Origin: Ranitomeya imitator
Lineage: Eukaryota
DNA length: 64,000 nucleotides
Direction: 5' to 3'
NCBI RefSeq assembly: GCF_032444005.1
Contig: NC_091283.1
Coordinates: 159,030,001-159,094,000 of the forward strand
Shown: positions 34,358 to 48,122 of the stretch, piece by piece
Numbering within the stretch: position 1 is the stretch's first letter
Layout of the letters: each line of letters begins with the position of its first letter
Program-made: the position numbers and the translations under genes
Notes under the pieces: generated by a model
What the model saw: only the letters and a program-made list of their open reading frames with translations
The model's database searches: none
Told to the model about the DNA's origin: nothing

Positions 34358-37300
34358 CAGGGCCGCCATCAGGGCATGACGGCCGTGACTGGCGTATGGG
34401 GCCCGGTGAGCAGAGGGGGCCCGCATCGGGCCCCGTCTCATCTGGTCACCGGGCCCCCCCTGCAGGCGCTGCGGCAGCGGCACACTATTGACGTGCGGGC
34501 CCGCGCCCGCACGTCAATAGTTAACAGCCGCCAGCCAGTCTGAGGCTGGCAGCTGAATAGGGCCGCAGTGCGCACTCGCCGGAGTCGCCGGTGTCTGACG
34601 TCATTGTCAGCCGCCGGGCCCGGCGAGTGCGTCTGTGTGGAGCCTGGGGGGGATCTTCGCCCGGCGCAGGAGCATGGCCAGGTAAGAAGTCGTGTTTTTT
34701 TTTTTACTTTGAGAGCTGCGATCCAGGGGCAGAAATGCTGGACACCTTGGGACAGAATGGTGGACACACAGTGGGGCAGAATGCTGGACACACAGGGGCA
34801 GAAATGCTGGACACAGTGGGGCAGAATGGTGGACACAGTGGGGCAGAAATGCTGGACACAGTGGGGCAGAATGGTGGACACACAGGGGCAGAAATGCTGG
34901 ACACCTTGGGAGAGAATGGTGGACACACAGTGGGGCAGAATGCTGGGCACACAGGGGCAGAATGGTGGACACAGTGGGGCAGAATGGTGGACACAGTGGG
35001 GCAGAAATGCTGGACACAGTGGGGCAGAATGGTGGACACACAGGGGCAGAAATGCTGGACACAGTGTGACAGAATGGTAGACACAGGGGCAGAATGGTGG
35101 ACACACAGGGGCAGAAATGCTGGACACAGTGGGGCAGAATGGTAGACACACAGGGGCAGAAATGCTGGACACAGTGGGGCAGAATGCTGGACACAGAGGG
35201 GCGGAAATGCTGGACACACAGGGGCGGAAATGCTGGACACAGTGGGGCAGAATGCTGGACACACAGTGGGGCAGAATGCTGGACACACAGGGGCAGAAAT
35301 GCTGGACACAGTGGGGCAGAATGCTGGACACACAGGGGCAGAAATGCTGGACACAGTGGGACAGAATGGTGGACACAGTGGGGCAGAATGCTGGACACAC
35401 AGGGGCAGAAATGCTGGACACAGTGGGGCAGAATGGTGGACACAGTGGGGCAGAAATGCTGGACACAGTGGGGCAGAATGGTGGACACACAGGGGCAGAA
35501 ATGCTGGACACAGTGTGACAGAATGGTAGACACAGGGGCAGAATGGTGGACACACAGGGGCAGAAATGCTGGACACAGTGGGGCAGAATGGTAGACACAC
35601 AGGGGCAGAAATGCTGGACACAGTGGGGCAGAATGCTGGACACAGAGGGGCGGAAATGCTGGACACACAGGGGCGGAAATGCTTGGACACAGTGGGGCAG
35701 AATGCTGGACACAGTGGGGCAGAATGGTGGACACAGTGGGGCAGAATGCTGGACACACAGTGGGGCAGAATGCTGGACACACAGGGGCAGAAATGCTGGA
35801 CACAGTGGGGCAGAATGCTGGACACACAGGGGCAGAAATGCTGGACACAGTGGGACAGAATGGTGGACACAGTGGGGCAGAATGCTGGACACACAGGGGC
35901 AGAAATGCTGGACACAGTGGGACAGAATGGTGGACACAGTGGGACAGAATGCTGGACACAGTGGGGCAGAAATGCTGGACACAGTGGGGCAGAAATGCTG
36001 GACACAGTGGGGCAGAATGGTGGACACAGGGGCAGAAATGCTGGACACAGTGGGGCAGAATGCTGGACACAGTGGGGCAGAATGCTGGACACAGTGGGGC
36101 AGAATGCTGGACACACAGTGGGGCAGAATGCTGGACACACAGTGGGGCAGAATGCTGGACACACAGTGGGGCAAAATGCTGGACACACAGTGGGGCAGAA
36201 TGCTGGACACACAGTGGGGCAGAATGCTGGACACACAGTGGGGCAGAATGCTGGACACACAGTGGGGCAGAATGTTGGAGACAGTGGGGCAGAATGCTGG
36301 AGACAGTGGGGCAGAATGCTGGACACAGTGACAGGGGCAGAAATGCTGGACACAGTGGGGCAGAATGCTGGACACAGTGGGGCAGAATGCTGGACACAGT
36401 GACGGGCAGAATGCTGGACATTGGGGCAGAATGCTGGACACAGTGGGGCAGAATGCTGGACACACAGTGGGGCAGAATGCTGGACACAGTGGGGCAGAAA
36501 TGCTGGACACAGTGACAGGGGCAGAATGCTGGACACAGTGACAGGGGCAGAATGCTGGACACAGGGGCAGACTGTGAGACCCGGGGCAGAATGCTGGACA
36601 TTGGGGCAGAATGCGAGACACGGGGCAGAATGGAGATACGGGGCATGATTGGAGACACTGGGGGCAGAATTGGAGACAGATCGTGCAGGATCATGGGGCA
36701 GGATGGATATGATGGAGACAGATGGGGCAGGATGGAGAGATCACATGGGGCGATCATATGGGGCAGGATGGGGAGATCATATGGGGCAGAATGGATACTC
36801 ATGAGGGCAGGATGGGAGAACATCTGGCTGACGCCAGGAATGAGACACACGGGGCCAGGCTGGGGGATATTATTAATACCATAGGGGCTAATTTAGGGAT
36901 ATTATTACTGCAGTGATGTATTTATTTTATTTTTTGAGTATACTGTTTTAAATGGGGGGCGGTCCTGTTACTGTATAGAGTGATACTATGTCGCCTTCTT
37001 CATGTGGTGTAATGTAGAAGTTGTGAAAAATTAAGTAATGTGTTCTGCAAGCGGAGCTCGAGATAACTGTGTTATTTCCTGCAGAGAGAAGTCCTGGCTG
37101 GATGAAATGATGGCGGTCTGTGCTGGATGAAAGATGAAGGACTTCACCTAGAGACGTCACTGGTGAGTCAGTGTGTTACCTATACACTGACACTATACAC
37201 TGTATACTGTATACAGAGCTCCTGTGTACAATTTCACTAGTGATCACTATATTATCTGTACACAGACACTGCATACTAAGTACAGATCTCCTGTGTATAA

Positions 37301-37867
37301 TGGCACTTATGGTGATAGTATGGTGCTTTTTTTTAAATTACTGATCAGAATTGTAGTATTCAGTCACTATGTGGTGGTAATATGTGGTCTGGACATGGTG
37401 TTGTGGTATTTGTTCCTTGTATGTGATATTATTCGATCACTGTGGTGGTAATATGTGGTCTGGTCATGGTGCGGTGGTATTTGTTCCTTCTATGTGATAT
37501 TATTGGTCATTTTAAAAATTGAAAAATAAATAAAAATATACCTAAATTGTATTGCATATTTTAACAAATATTCTATAGGTTACAGTAGAGTAGGGCCCGG
37601 CCAAAAGTGTCTTCCGTGTTATGGTGGCGGCTTAAAAAATCTTTTGGCCAAAACAAAAGCTGCCGGCTATATGTGTGATCTGGTGATGGGAACTGTTAAT
37701 GTGTGATTGGTGAGAAGTGGAGTTTTTCCAAGAGAGAACGGTGGGACTGTGGACAGTTCGAGGGGTGGAGCCTGGAGGCGGGGCTGGGGTGGAGCCTGGG
37801 CGGAGTCTCAAGGGGGCCCCGAAAATTTTGCCAGTATGGGGCCCCGAAATTTCTAGTGGCAGCCCTG
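34358..37867. mobile_element. Non-autonomous hAT element (3510 bp) with an internal minisatellite expansion
   Basis: TIRs CAGGGCCGCCATCAG / CTAGTGGCAGCCCTG. 8-bp TSD TATACACC at 34350-34357 and 37868-37875. Confidence 0.92.
34720..36620. repeat. Minisatellite with a unit of about 22-25 bp (GGACACAGTGGGGCAGAATGCT and variants)
   Basis: Directly visible. It grades into more degenerate GGGGCAG-containing repeats at 36620-36830. Confidence 0.95.
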
Positions 37868-39024
37868 TATACACCTCCAATTTCAGTGCATGGACTCTAC
37901 ATACATACCCCGGAGCGGTCACCGCCAAGTCCATTATAACATAAAGGAACTACTAGCTGCCACCACCAATAATTTATACAGGCCGCGTATGGCTTCAGGG
38001 GTGCGGTTTACAGAGCAGCAGAAACAGAGCTATTACATTTTATACATTTAATATGGAAAGGCAGGCAGTGTTTATAAAAAAATATACAAAGATGTTATAA
38101 AATGTCAACAAAAGCATATGATATATACAGTTACATACAATAAAAAGTAATTAACTTGATGTTGCATGAATGGCTCTTATCTTTATGCAGGGAAGCGCTC
38201 CAATTTGGAAAATGGAACACACTCACAAAGAACTGTGTCTTCCAGAAATGAACAATGACAAAAACCGAACCTCTGATTTTTTTTTTTATTTTAGATCAAG
38301 GTTATGCCCACATACATCCCCTTGGTGACCTCATGTGGGCTGGTTGTGGGATATGCTAGGGCTTTTAGAAGTTTGGGATCCTGAACTTTCAGGATATCTT
38401 TACCCCTGGAGGTCCCAGGTGGTAGATATTGTCATCATGTTTCCTATTATGATTTTACCTTTCTATGGTGATGAAATATGGCATGGATACCCTTATCTAC
38501 TGGAACGTTATTAAGTTGGAGGGGTTAGAATGGCCTTACGGTGATGTAAGTGAATGCTTTATGTTTATCCCTTCACTATGACGCTGAAAATATATCTCCC
38601 ATAAATATCGGATCCATGCAAATGCCAATATTTATCACTGACCACTGTCTTCCGGAAGTGTACGATCAGTGCTTTGAACAGGGGAAACTCTTGCCTTGGA
38701 AGTGCACTTCTCTGCCTCTGAATATACACATTATAGCCTTGGTATCTGGTTCTCAGAGCAGATCTCCTGTTGTAATTACCTGTTCACAGCAGGAGGTCTC
38801 ATTTCAATGGAGGTTGAATTGACGGTTCACTTTCACGACCCCAGTTATAATTAGTTTCTTACTTCCCCAGTTATAATTAATCTCATGTTTAATGTGAGGG
38901 TGATATATCCCCTCAATGGAGATGTCTTTATGGATTTTATTTTTTTCACTACAACATTGTATTTTATGTAAAGGAATATAGCAACTATATTTATGTCTTG
39001 TAGAGTAATGCTCCTGTGTAAAGG

Positions 39025-40504
39025 GGGGGGTAAATAAGTATTTGATCCCTCGCTGATTTTGTAAGTTTGCCCACTGACAAAGACATGAACAGTCTATAAT
39101 ATTAAGGGTACCGTATATACTCGAGTATAAGCCGAGATTTTCAGCCCAAATTTTTGGGCTGAAAGTGCCCCTCTCGGCTTATACTCGAGTCACGGTAGCG
39201 GTGGGGTCGGCGGGTGAGGGGGAGAGGGCGCTGAGGTATACTTACCTAGTCCCAGCGATCCTGGCGCTCCCCCTGCCGTCCCACGGTCTTCTGTGCTGCA
39301 GCTTCTTCCCCTCTTCAGCGGTCACGTGGGACTGCTCATTAGAGAAATGAATAAGCGGCTCCACCTCCCATAGGGGTGGAGCCGCCTATTCATTTCTCTA
39401 ATCAGCGGTAATGGTGACCGCTGATAGAGAAAGAAGCTGCGGCACCGAAGACAGCTGTACGGGGGAAGGAGCCGGACGCCAGGACCAGGTAAGTATCGCA
39501 TATTTACCTGTCCGCGTTCCAGCCGCCGGGCGCCGCTCCATCTTCCCGACGTCTCTGCGCTCTGACTGTTCAGGTCAGAGGGCGCGATGGCGCATATAGT
39601 GTGCGCGGCGCCCTCTGCCTGATCAGTCAGAGCGGGGGGACGCCGGGACCGGATGCTGGGAGCTGCAATCAAGAAAGGTGAGTATGGCTTTTTTTTTTTT
39701 TATTGCAGCAGCAGCAGCGGCGGCACAGATTTATACCGAGCATCTATGGGGCAATATGAACGGTGCAGAGCACTATATGGGGCAGATATGGAGCAATATG
39801 AACAGTGCAGAGCACTATATGGGGCAGATATGGAGCAATATGAACAGTGCAGAGCACTATATGGGGCAATATGAACGGTGCAGAGCACTATATGGGGCAG
39901 ATATGGGGCAATATGAACGGTGCAGAGCACTATATGGGGCAGATATGGAGCAATATGAACAGTGCAGAGCACTATATGGGGCAGATATGGGGCAATATGA
40001 ACAGTGCAGAGCACTATATGGGGCAATATGAACAGTGCAGAGCACTATATGGGGCAGATATGGGGCAATATGAACAGTGCAGAGCACTATATGGGGCAGA
40101 TATGGGGCAATATGAACGGTGCAGAGCACTATATGGCAGAGCTATGGGGAAATATGAACGGTGCAGAGCACTATATGGCAGAGCTATGGGGAAATATGAA
40201 CGGTGCAGAGCACTATATGGCACAGCTATGGGGCAATAATGATCTATTTTTATTTTTGAAATTCACCGGTAAATGCTGCATTTCCACCCTAGGCTTATAC
40301 TCGAGTCAATAAGTTTTCCCAGTTTTTTGTGGCAAAATTAGGGGGGTCGGCTTATACTCGGGTCGGCTTATACTCGAGTATATACGGTAGGTTAATTTTA
40401 ACATTGAGAGATGGAACATCAAAAATAAAATCCAGAAAATCACATTATATAAATGTATTTGCATTTTGCAGTGAGAAATAAGTATTTGATCCCCTACCAA
40501 GCAT
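39025..40504. mobile_element. Tc1-like terminal fragment split by a later insertion
   Basis: aaataagtatttgatccct...gcccactgacaaagacatgaacagtctataat (39030-39110) continues as ggttaattttaacattgagaga...aataagtatttgatcccct after 40389. Confidence 0.75.
39111..40387. mobile_element. Tc1/mariner-superfamily (Tc2/pogo-like) MITE with a 42/31-bp internal minisatellite at about 39735-40235
   Basis: TIR CCGTATATACTCGAGTATAAGCCGA at both ends, TA TSD, and repeated CTTATACTCGAG subterminal motifs. Confidence 0.85.
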
Positions 40505-40507
40505 TAA

Positions 40508-40872
40508 GGCTATGTGCACACGATGCAGATTTTGCGGTGGATCTGCAGCTGCGGGTCCGCAGCAGTTTCCCATTTCCCATGAGTTTATATTACAATGTAA
40601 ACCTATGGGAAGCAGAAAACGCTGTGCACATGCTGCGGAAAAAAACGCACGGAAACGCAGCTGTTTACATTCCGCAGCATGTCACTTCTTTCTGTGGATT
40701 CCGCCTGCTCCAATAGAAAGCCGCAGTTGTAAAACCGCAGTGAAATCTGCAAAAAAAACCGCGGGAAATCCGCGATAAAACTGCAGCAAAAACGCAGCAT
40801 TTTTGCCCTGCAGATTTATCAATTCCGCTGCGGAAAAATCCGCAGTGGACCATTCTACGTGTGCACATACCC
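40508..40872. mobile_element. Harbinger-type palindromic MITE
   Basis: Starts GGCTATGTGCACACG and ends CGTGTGCACATACCC. Flanked by TAA and TTA. Confidence 0.78.
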
Positions 40873-42292
40873 TTAGGGCAAGTCCTCAGGGACTCTAACA
40901 TATTTTTTTAACACACTTGGTTAGCTCACGAGCATGCTCATATAACGCCTTATCCGAGTACGTTCGCTCATCACTAATTATCTGAGTTTTAGGGATGTGT
41001 CCTGGATTGAGCTGCAGGTCCTGGAAATCCTGTTCTCATTTACATTCCTGCTGGGTCCCATTCGCTGCCTAACAAGGTATTTTGTGTCATGGTAACTCTT
41101 GAAATTAACCAGGCTCTGGGCAAGAGGCCCAGGGAAAGCATCACATGGGGGAGTCCTAGGATTCACATTGAGAGAAGAGGGACTGCAGGGGTTCAGACTC
41201 CCAGAGTTACCAGACAATCATACTTGTATTCATACACACAATGCCGAGCGAGAGCACCCACATATCATTCATACTTCGTCATTTTTTTTGTGCATTTAAA
41301 GGGGGAATTTAAAGAATGACTCCACTATACAACAATCTCTGCAGTTACAATCCAACTGGAATGTGAAGTAATGCAGTAAATCCTTCGCTTTAATAATCTG
41401 CTTGGATCTTACAGTTACATGAGGTTTTTCTCTCCATTCACAACTTTTTCGGTTTTTAGACTGCAGTGCACTGTGGGAGCTCAGGTAGCAGAATCCGTTC
41501 TCTGCTAGGACCTTTGGCCGAGGTGCCTGGCTAATGTCATCAACCCCAAGCAACAAATCTGTGTGAGCCGTTATAAGTGTGAAGGAACAAGGTTCCATAC
41601 AAACGAAAGTCTGGATACAAACATTAGCATAAATATGTAGTTATTCAACTTTTTCTAGCTCAGTCATTATCTTCAAAACATCTGAGCACATTATGGAGGA
41701 GGGTGAACTGTGGTGAGCAGGTGGAACATGAAATATGTATAAGGTGACGAAAAGTCCCCAGTGCAGGCAGATGGCCCAAATAATAGGAAAGATCAGTCCT
41801 CCAGCCATCAAGGACAATTGTAGATTAGTGAGCAAGTTCAGACAAATATCTTGTATAATAGTCATAATATTCGTGTAATCAGGTGGTGCACATGGAAATA
41901 AATCTAAAGGAAGTCCCAGAACTCACAACTTCAATGCAACTTATTATTTTATTTTGGCATGAAATTGATGAAATAGTAGGATAAGTTTCAGCCCATCCCA
42001 AGCGTTCATCAACCACCACATCAGTAGTTTCTAGCCCCCGGATGTGAGACCTGCGATCTGCTTCCTACACGCTGGTTTTCCCGACACCTCTTCTGACTTG
42101 CTTACCCAGAACAGTGTCATGATTATGGGATCGCACTGGACCTACTAATCAGAAGACGCACCTTGCCAGCGGCCACAGAGCACTGATTTGGCCGGGTGAC
42201 CCAGGTCCTGTGAATTGATTCGCGTATCTTTACTGTTGCAGTATTGAGTACTGTATTGTATGGCGTCTTATTTGTGCACTTCATAGCAGTAT

Positions 42293-43010
42293 GGGTATGT
42301 ATCCACTTTCAGGCTTGCTTCAGGATTTGGTCAGGATTTTATGCAGGTAAAATCCTGACCAAATCTGTACCTGAGGTCACTGGCAGGTCACCTGCGGTGT
42401 TCTTGCATGTTTTGCTCATTGTAACAACATGCTGCGTTCTGGAAAAAACGCGCCGCATGTGCGTTTTCGCGGCAAAAACACATGCGTTTTTTCCTGCATA
42501 GTAGAGACGGGATTTCATTAAATCCCCTCCACTATGCTGTAACATCTGGATGCTGCGTTTTTGACGCTGCGGAAAAACGTGTCAAAAACGCAGCGTTTCC
42601 TGAACGTGGAAACATACCCTGAGGCTGCGTGTCCACGTTCAGGATGGCCGGCGGTATCGTCGGAGCGGCAAACCCGCTCTGCGGTAAGCCCCGCCCCCTT
42701 TCTGGGACGCGATGATGCCGGATGTATTCATAGCACACATCCGGCATCATCGCTCCCCACCATAGGGCCCTGTGCTATATCTTGCGGCGACGTTGCGTCG
42801 CCGCAAGATATACGGACATGCTGCGATCTGAAAAGACGCGCAGCATGTCCGGAGTCGCAGGGCCGCCGCGTGCGTGTTACCACGCATAGTGGAGACGGGA
42901 TTTCATTAAATCCCCTCCACTATGCTGTAACATCTGGACGCTGCGTGTCTGACGGTGCGGCTCTATGCAGCGTCAGACACGCAGCGTTTCCTGCACGTGG
43001 AAACATACCC
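42293..43010. mobile_element. Two adjacent Harbinger-type MITEs (42293-42619 and 42623-43010)
   Basis: GGGTATGT...ACATACCC, then TGA, then GGCTGCGTGTCCAC...GTGGAAACATACCC. The second is a close copy of 7911-8298. Confidence 0.82.
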
Positions 43011-43989
43011 TTATAGGAACCCTGTATGGAGATATTTTTTATTTCAGCATGATTACATTTTTGCATTGTTTCAGCACTGTTAATTGGTGATAAAGTATCT
43101 AGGGTTTAACCATGTTATGTGAATCCAGTACGGTTTTCTCTAATACGAATACTGTATGCTGGTGTTATTTGTGTTTTGTAAAGTGATGTTATTTAACCCC
43201 CGCACCTTTTTTCAGTTTTGTTTTCGTTTTTCACTCCCCTTCTTTCTCTTTCCAGAGCCATAGCTTTTTTTATTTTTCCGTCAATATGGCCATGTCAGGG
43301 CCTGTTTTTTTGCAGGACGAGTTGTACTTTTGAAGGACACCATTGAGGTTTTACCATATTGTGTACTAGAAAATGGGGAAAAAAAATTCAAGTGCAGTGA
43401 AATTGCAAAAAAAGTGCAATCCCTTGTTTTTTGTTTGGCTTTTTTGCTAGGTTCACTAAATGCTAAAAATGACCTGCCATTATGATTCTCCAGGTCGTTA
43501 CGACTTCATACAGAAAAGATAAATATCTTGATACCGTGTTAGCCAGTAGATAGAAAAATATTTAGAATTGAGAGTCCTCAGTGGTTGATATAATGGTTAA
43601 CTGTAGCTTCAAATCTCAGAGAGACAGTAGAATCTGGGATTATAAACTATTGACGACCTTTGACACAGTGCAGGAATGAATGTGTCACATGGATTCATGT
43701 CTTTTTACATCAATTAAAGAATTTGCCCCTCAGACCATGTGGGGTCATCATAACAGAACCAGACCCCAATCAGAGGACAACAAAACATTCACTCCTAATC
43801 TAGGAACTTTCCAATATTTATGGACACAACTGTTTATCACTCTCCCATAATGACAGTTCTGTGCTGTGTTGTGTATAAATATGTGATTCTTCAGAATTTG
43901 CTTGAGGCCAGTCTCACACGTCCAGATAATTCTGGTATCGGAATAATCCGTGTCCGTGTGCCCGTTCGTTTCTGTGGACATGCAGGACC

Positions 43990-45885
43990 CATGGCGGAAT
44001 GTCAACCGCTGGGATCTCTAGGGTTGTACAGAAGGATGTCACATCAGCAGGGGTGCGCAGAGACGCAGACTTTCCATCCTTCCTGGCTGTCAGGGCAAAT
44101 GGGAACCCCCATCTATATTTAATTTGGTGTTCCTGGAGTATTAACAACAGGGGCCTGAGGTGTCTCCGCTTCTGCAGGGTAATACGGGAGAGATCTGGAA
44201 AGAGCTGAACCTCTGTTCCCCGAAATGAGGGGATCTGGTTCCGGGTCCTGGCTTTGGACATGATCAATTCTTTAGTAGTAAAGTCGTGAACACAGCATAT
44301 AATATCTCGGGGTTGAGTAGACATGTTCTTAGGCTGTAGCGCCCTATGTGCTCTGTCCAACTTAGTTATATTGGTTGAAGGTGCACCCAGAATGTTATTA
44401 AAGATGTCCTGCAGGATCAGATCAGGAGATTCAGAGTCCTCTACCTCAGGCACTCCTCTCACACGAATGTTGCATCTGCGTCCTCTATTGTCCAAATCCT
44501 CTAAGTGGGACTGCATTTCCTCCATCACTTTTTGTTGTGAGGACACTAGCTGGTGAATTTCTGTCATGTGTTTTCTTGTGGAGTCATGTTCCTCTTCCAG
44601 GGCTTCTATCCTCCCATTTAAGTGTTGTAAATCTTGTCTTACATTGGCTATTTCTGCCCTGCATATGTCTTTGACCTCACTGATAAGGATCTTAAAGTCC
44701 TCTTTAGATGGTAGGGATGCCAGAATAGACTGCCAGTCTTGGAAGGGAGGGGGAGGCCCCCTGAAGCTGCCAACAGGCTGTGAGTAAGGCCGGGGACACA
44801 CACAACGTATAAAAAAAGGTCCGTTTTTGACGGACGAGAATCGCACAAATGTTACCAAAACAGTGATCCGTGTGCAGTGCGAGGATGCGATTTTCTCGCA
44901 TCAAATGATCCGTGTGACATCCGTGTGACATCCGTATGGCATCCGTATGGTGAGATTTTCTCACACACTTGCAAAATGAGCAAATAATGGCTGAGCCTTT
45001 CCTGTCACCTGCCCAATGCCTGAGAATTTCTCGCAAGTCACACTGATGGTCCGTGTGCTGTGCGATTTTTTCTCACCCCCATAGACTTTCATTGGCGATT
45101 CTCGGCCGAGAAACGCTGACAATCGCAGCATGCTGCGATTTCACTCGGATCCTGAATACGGCCGAGAAAATATCGGATGATGGGAGCTGCCCCATAGATT
45201 AACATTGGGACGAGTGCTATGCGATTTTTTATCGCATTGCACTCGTCCGTATTACGGTCTAGTGTGACCCCGGCCTTAGGAGGATAGTTAACTGAAGAAT
45301 GTGGATGATGAGAGGAGTAGTGTCCCTGATGGGGTTGGATATAGGCAGTGTCCTGTGTAATATTCCGTCCATGGGCCTCCTGATGTGAAGAGGAGCTGTT
45401 TGTTTGTGTGAGCTGATAAGACGGGTGTAGGAAGGGGGGCCCCACATCCCCCCTCCCCCTCACCTCGTGGCTGCTGTCAGCAGCGGTGCTGGTCTGGTCT
45501 CCATGAAGTTCAGCTCCTTCTGTGCACGGCTCTTCCCCCGATGTAGAGGGGGAGATCTCCTCCTCCTCCCCGCAGCCATCTGCCTCCTGAATGCTGTCCT
45601 GATGCAGAGTGTCACGCCGGGGAAACCCCCTCCTCACCGACCTGCCTCTGTAAAGATGGTGCCTGAGTATCTCCCTGGACCTGTTCAAGGCCCAGGAAGG
45701 TGTCCAGAGCTGTCCGCTGCGCTGGCTGGTCCACCGCTGGTTGCTGTGTGTTTCTAGGTTTCCTGGGCCCCATGCTGACTGTGGAACCCGGTGATGCAGG
45801 GTGATATTATGCTATTTATAGCTGGAAGATGGCAGGAGCTCCCTCACCACACGTCTGCTCAGCTCGGCATCCGGACACGCCCCTT
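43990..45885 (-). pseudogene. L1-clade LINE 5' UTR plus ORF1 (coiled coil, RRM, CTD); frameshifted, MITE-interrupted, ORF2 absent
   Basis: ATG at 45773 (MGPRKPRN...). Coiled coil followed by EDLDNRGRRCNIRVRGVPE, DRAHRAL, PRDII, FPDLS and YRWGFPF motifs typical of L1 ORF1p. Confidence 0.85.
44788..45275. mobile_element. Harbinger-type MITE inserted in L1 ORF1
   Basis: Starts GGCCGGGGACACAC and ends GTGTGACCCCGGCC. Flanked by TAA and TTA. Confidence 0.8.
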
Positions 45886-46495
45886 TATGTGTATGTTTGA
45901 TATATTTTTATTATTATTTTATTTTGAAAGGGGGGTGATTTGAACTTTTGATAATTTTTTTTATTTTTTTTTTCATATTTTTTAAAACATGTCTTTTTGC
46001 TCAGATCGCTCCTATGTAGCTGAATTACAGCATTGCTATGAGTGCCGACCACAGGGTGGCGCTCACAGCAATCTGGCATCAACAACCATAGTGGTCTTCA
46101 GGAGACCCCCGATCACATGACAGGGGTCACTGATGTGAGCATTTCCGGCCTGATGGCCAGCAGCGTTTGTTAAATACTGCTGACAGGGGCATTTAATTAA
46201 TAGGTGCGGGTGGATCGCAATTCCACCTGCGCCTATTGCGGGCACATGTCAGCTGTTCATGTCCTGGCTTTGATGAATAGTACGTCCGATGGCAGAAAGG
46301 GGTTAAATAACAAAATACAGACCAGTAAGTGACACCTTGCTGAAATCAGGGCCTCTGCACCTACATCAGTAAAAACTTGCCGACAGATTCCCTATAATGA
46401 GGTTTTCCTGGATTTGCTAAAATTATTGCTAGGCTTTCCTTTTGGGAAAAGAAGTACTTTTACAATTTACATTGTAGCAATCAGGCGCTGGCTTA

Positions 46496-46890
46496 GGCTA
46501 CTTTCACACTTCCGTCGACAAGGGGCCGTCGCAAACCGTCAGGCCGACGGACATTGTGCTAAATTTAGCACAACTTGAGCAGCGGATGCAGTTTTACAAC
46601 ACATCCGCTGCCCATTGTGATGAGCGGGGAGGAGGGGGCGGAGTTCCGGCCACGCATGCGCAGTCGAAAATGGCGGACACGTCGCACAAAAAAAGTTACA
46701 TTGAACTTTTTTTGTGCGTCGCGTCCGCCAAAACACGACGGATGCGACGTGTGCCCATCTTTCGCGATCCGTCGCTAATACAAGTCTATGGGCAAAAAAC
46801 GCATCCTGCAAGCACATTTGCAGGATCCGTTTTTTTGCCCATAATGACGGATTGCGACGGAGGAAAAAAGACGGAAGTGTGAAAGTAGTC
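46496..46890. mobile_element. Harbinger-type palindromic MITE
   Basis: Starts GGCTACTTTCACACTTCCGTC and ends GACGGAAGTGTGAAAGTAGTC. Confidence 0.8.
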
Positions 46891-47144
46891 TTCCTGACAC
46901 TGGTGCAGGTCACAGGTTTTCCCCTCTTTCTGTTGTTCTAGACTCTGTCCTTTGCTTTGACTTTCACCTCTGACTGTATTTGTGATTTGAAAAGTGAAGA
47001 GGAGTAGTTGGCGATATTGGACACTAGGAGGAGGCTGGCTATGCAGAGGTGGTACTGGGTGAGGAGGCAGCGCTAGCCATGTAGTAAATGGTCAGGAGTG
47101 CTGCTTGTCAATAACGTCATATGCTTCCATGATATTGGGGGTTA

Positions 47145-47512
47145 GGGTACTTTCACACTGGCGTTTTTTTTAATACGTCGCAATGCATCGGTAATGTAAC
47201 TCTACGGGGCAAAAACGCATCCTGCAAACAACTTTCCAGGATGCGTTTTTTCCCCTAAACAACGCATTGCGATGTATTAAAAAAAACGCCAGTGTGAAAG
47301 TAACGTTTTTTGCAGCCGACGGACCACTTTTTCCGACCGCGCATGCGCGGCCAGAACTCCACCCCCACCTCCCCACACCTCACAATGGGGCAGCGGATGC
47401 GCCGGAGAAATGCATCCGCTGCACCCGTTGTGCGGCACAACAAACGCTAGCGTCGGAATCTCGGCCCGACGCAATGCGACGGGCCGAATCCGACGCTAGT
47501 ATGAAAGTAGCC
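47145..47512. mobile_element. Harbinger-type MITE (related to 46496-46890)
   Basis: Starts GGGTACTTTCACACTGGCG and ends CTAGTATGAAAGTAGCC. Flanked by TTA and TAA. Confidence 0.75.
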
Positions 47513-47639
47513 TAAAGGTAAGAAATCTGAAAAAAAAAATATCCAAAGGACATTGACGAGAAATAAAGGAATCCTGCGAGAAGCAGCGATTCGAGTACTG
47601 GAAACCCGTTTCAAGCCCTGCATGCCTGAGGCGAGGGCA

Positions 47640-48047
47640 TGTCCATACAATATTGACCTGGTCTCTCGGTACTTACCTACACGCAACCTCCGATCCTCAC
47701 AAGATCTCCTTCTCTACTCCCCTCTTATCTCCTCTTCCCACAATCGTATACAAGATTTCTCTCGCGTATCACCCCTACTCTGGAACCCTCTACTACAACA
47801 TATCAGACTCTCACCTACCATCGAAACCTTCAAAAAGAGACTGAAGACCTACCTCTTCCGACAAGCCTACAAACTGCAGTAACCACCGATCGACCAAACC
47901 GCTGCATGACCAGCTCTATCCTCACCTCCTGTACCAGTTATGACTTGTATTGTTTAAGATTATTGTACCTGTTTTTATTATGTATACCCCTCCTCACATG
48001 TAAAGCGCCATGGAATAAATGGCGCTATAATAATAAATAATAATAAT
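47640..48047 (+). mobile_element. 5'-truncated L2 (ORF2 end, 3' UTR and tail)
   Basis: [35 protein letters not shown]...LFRQAYKLQ* is nearly identical to the C-terminus of the 22464 ORF. Same tail. Confidence 0.92.
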
Positions 48048-48122
48048 ATTGGCACAGAGGCACCACAGAGCTTGTTCTCACCATTGATTGTAGATGGGTA
48101 GAGATGCCATTCAGAGACCTTG

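Noticed and set aside
34438-36850. ORFs of 610-747 aa rich in Cys/His/Pro, and the Trp-rich antisense ORFs
   Set aside because: Artefacts of the stop-free minisatellite inside a TSD-bounded hAT MITE.
38290-38830. Possible degraded retroelement coding sequence
   Set aside because: I could not recover convincing RT or endonuclease motifs in any frame. A profile search would be needed.
40880-42240. Possible ERV/LTR-derived or exonic sequence
   Set aside because: Only short ORFs without recognisable motifs, and no definable termini or TSD.
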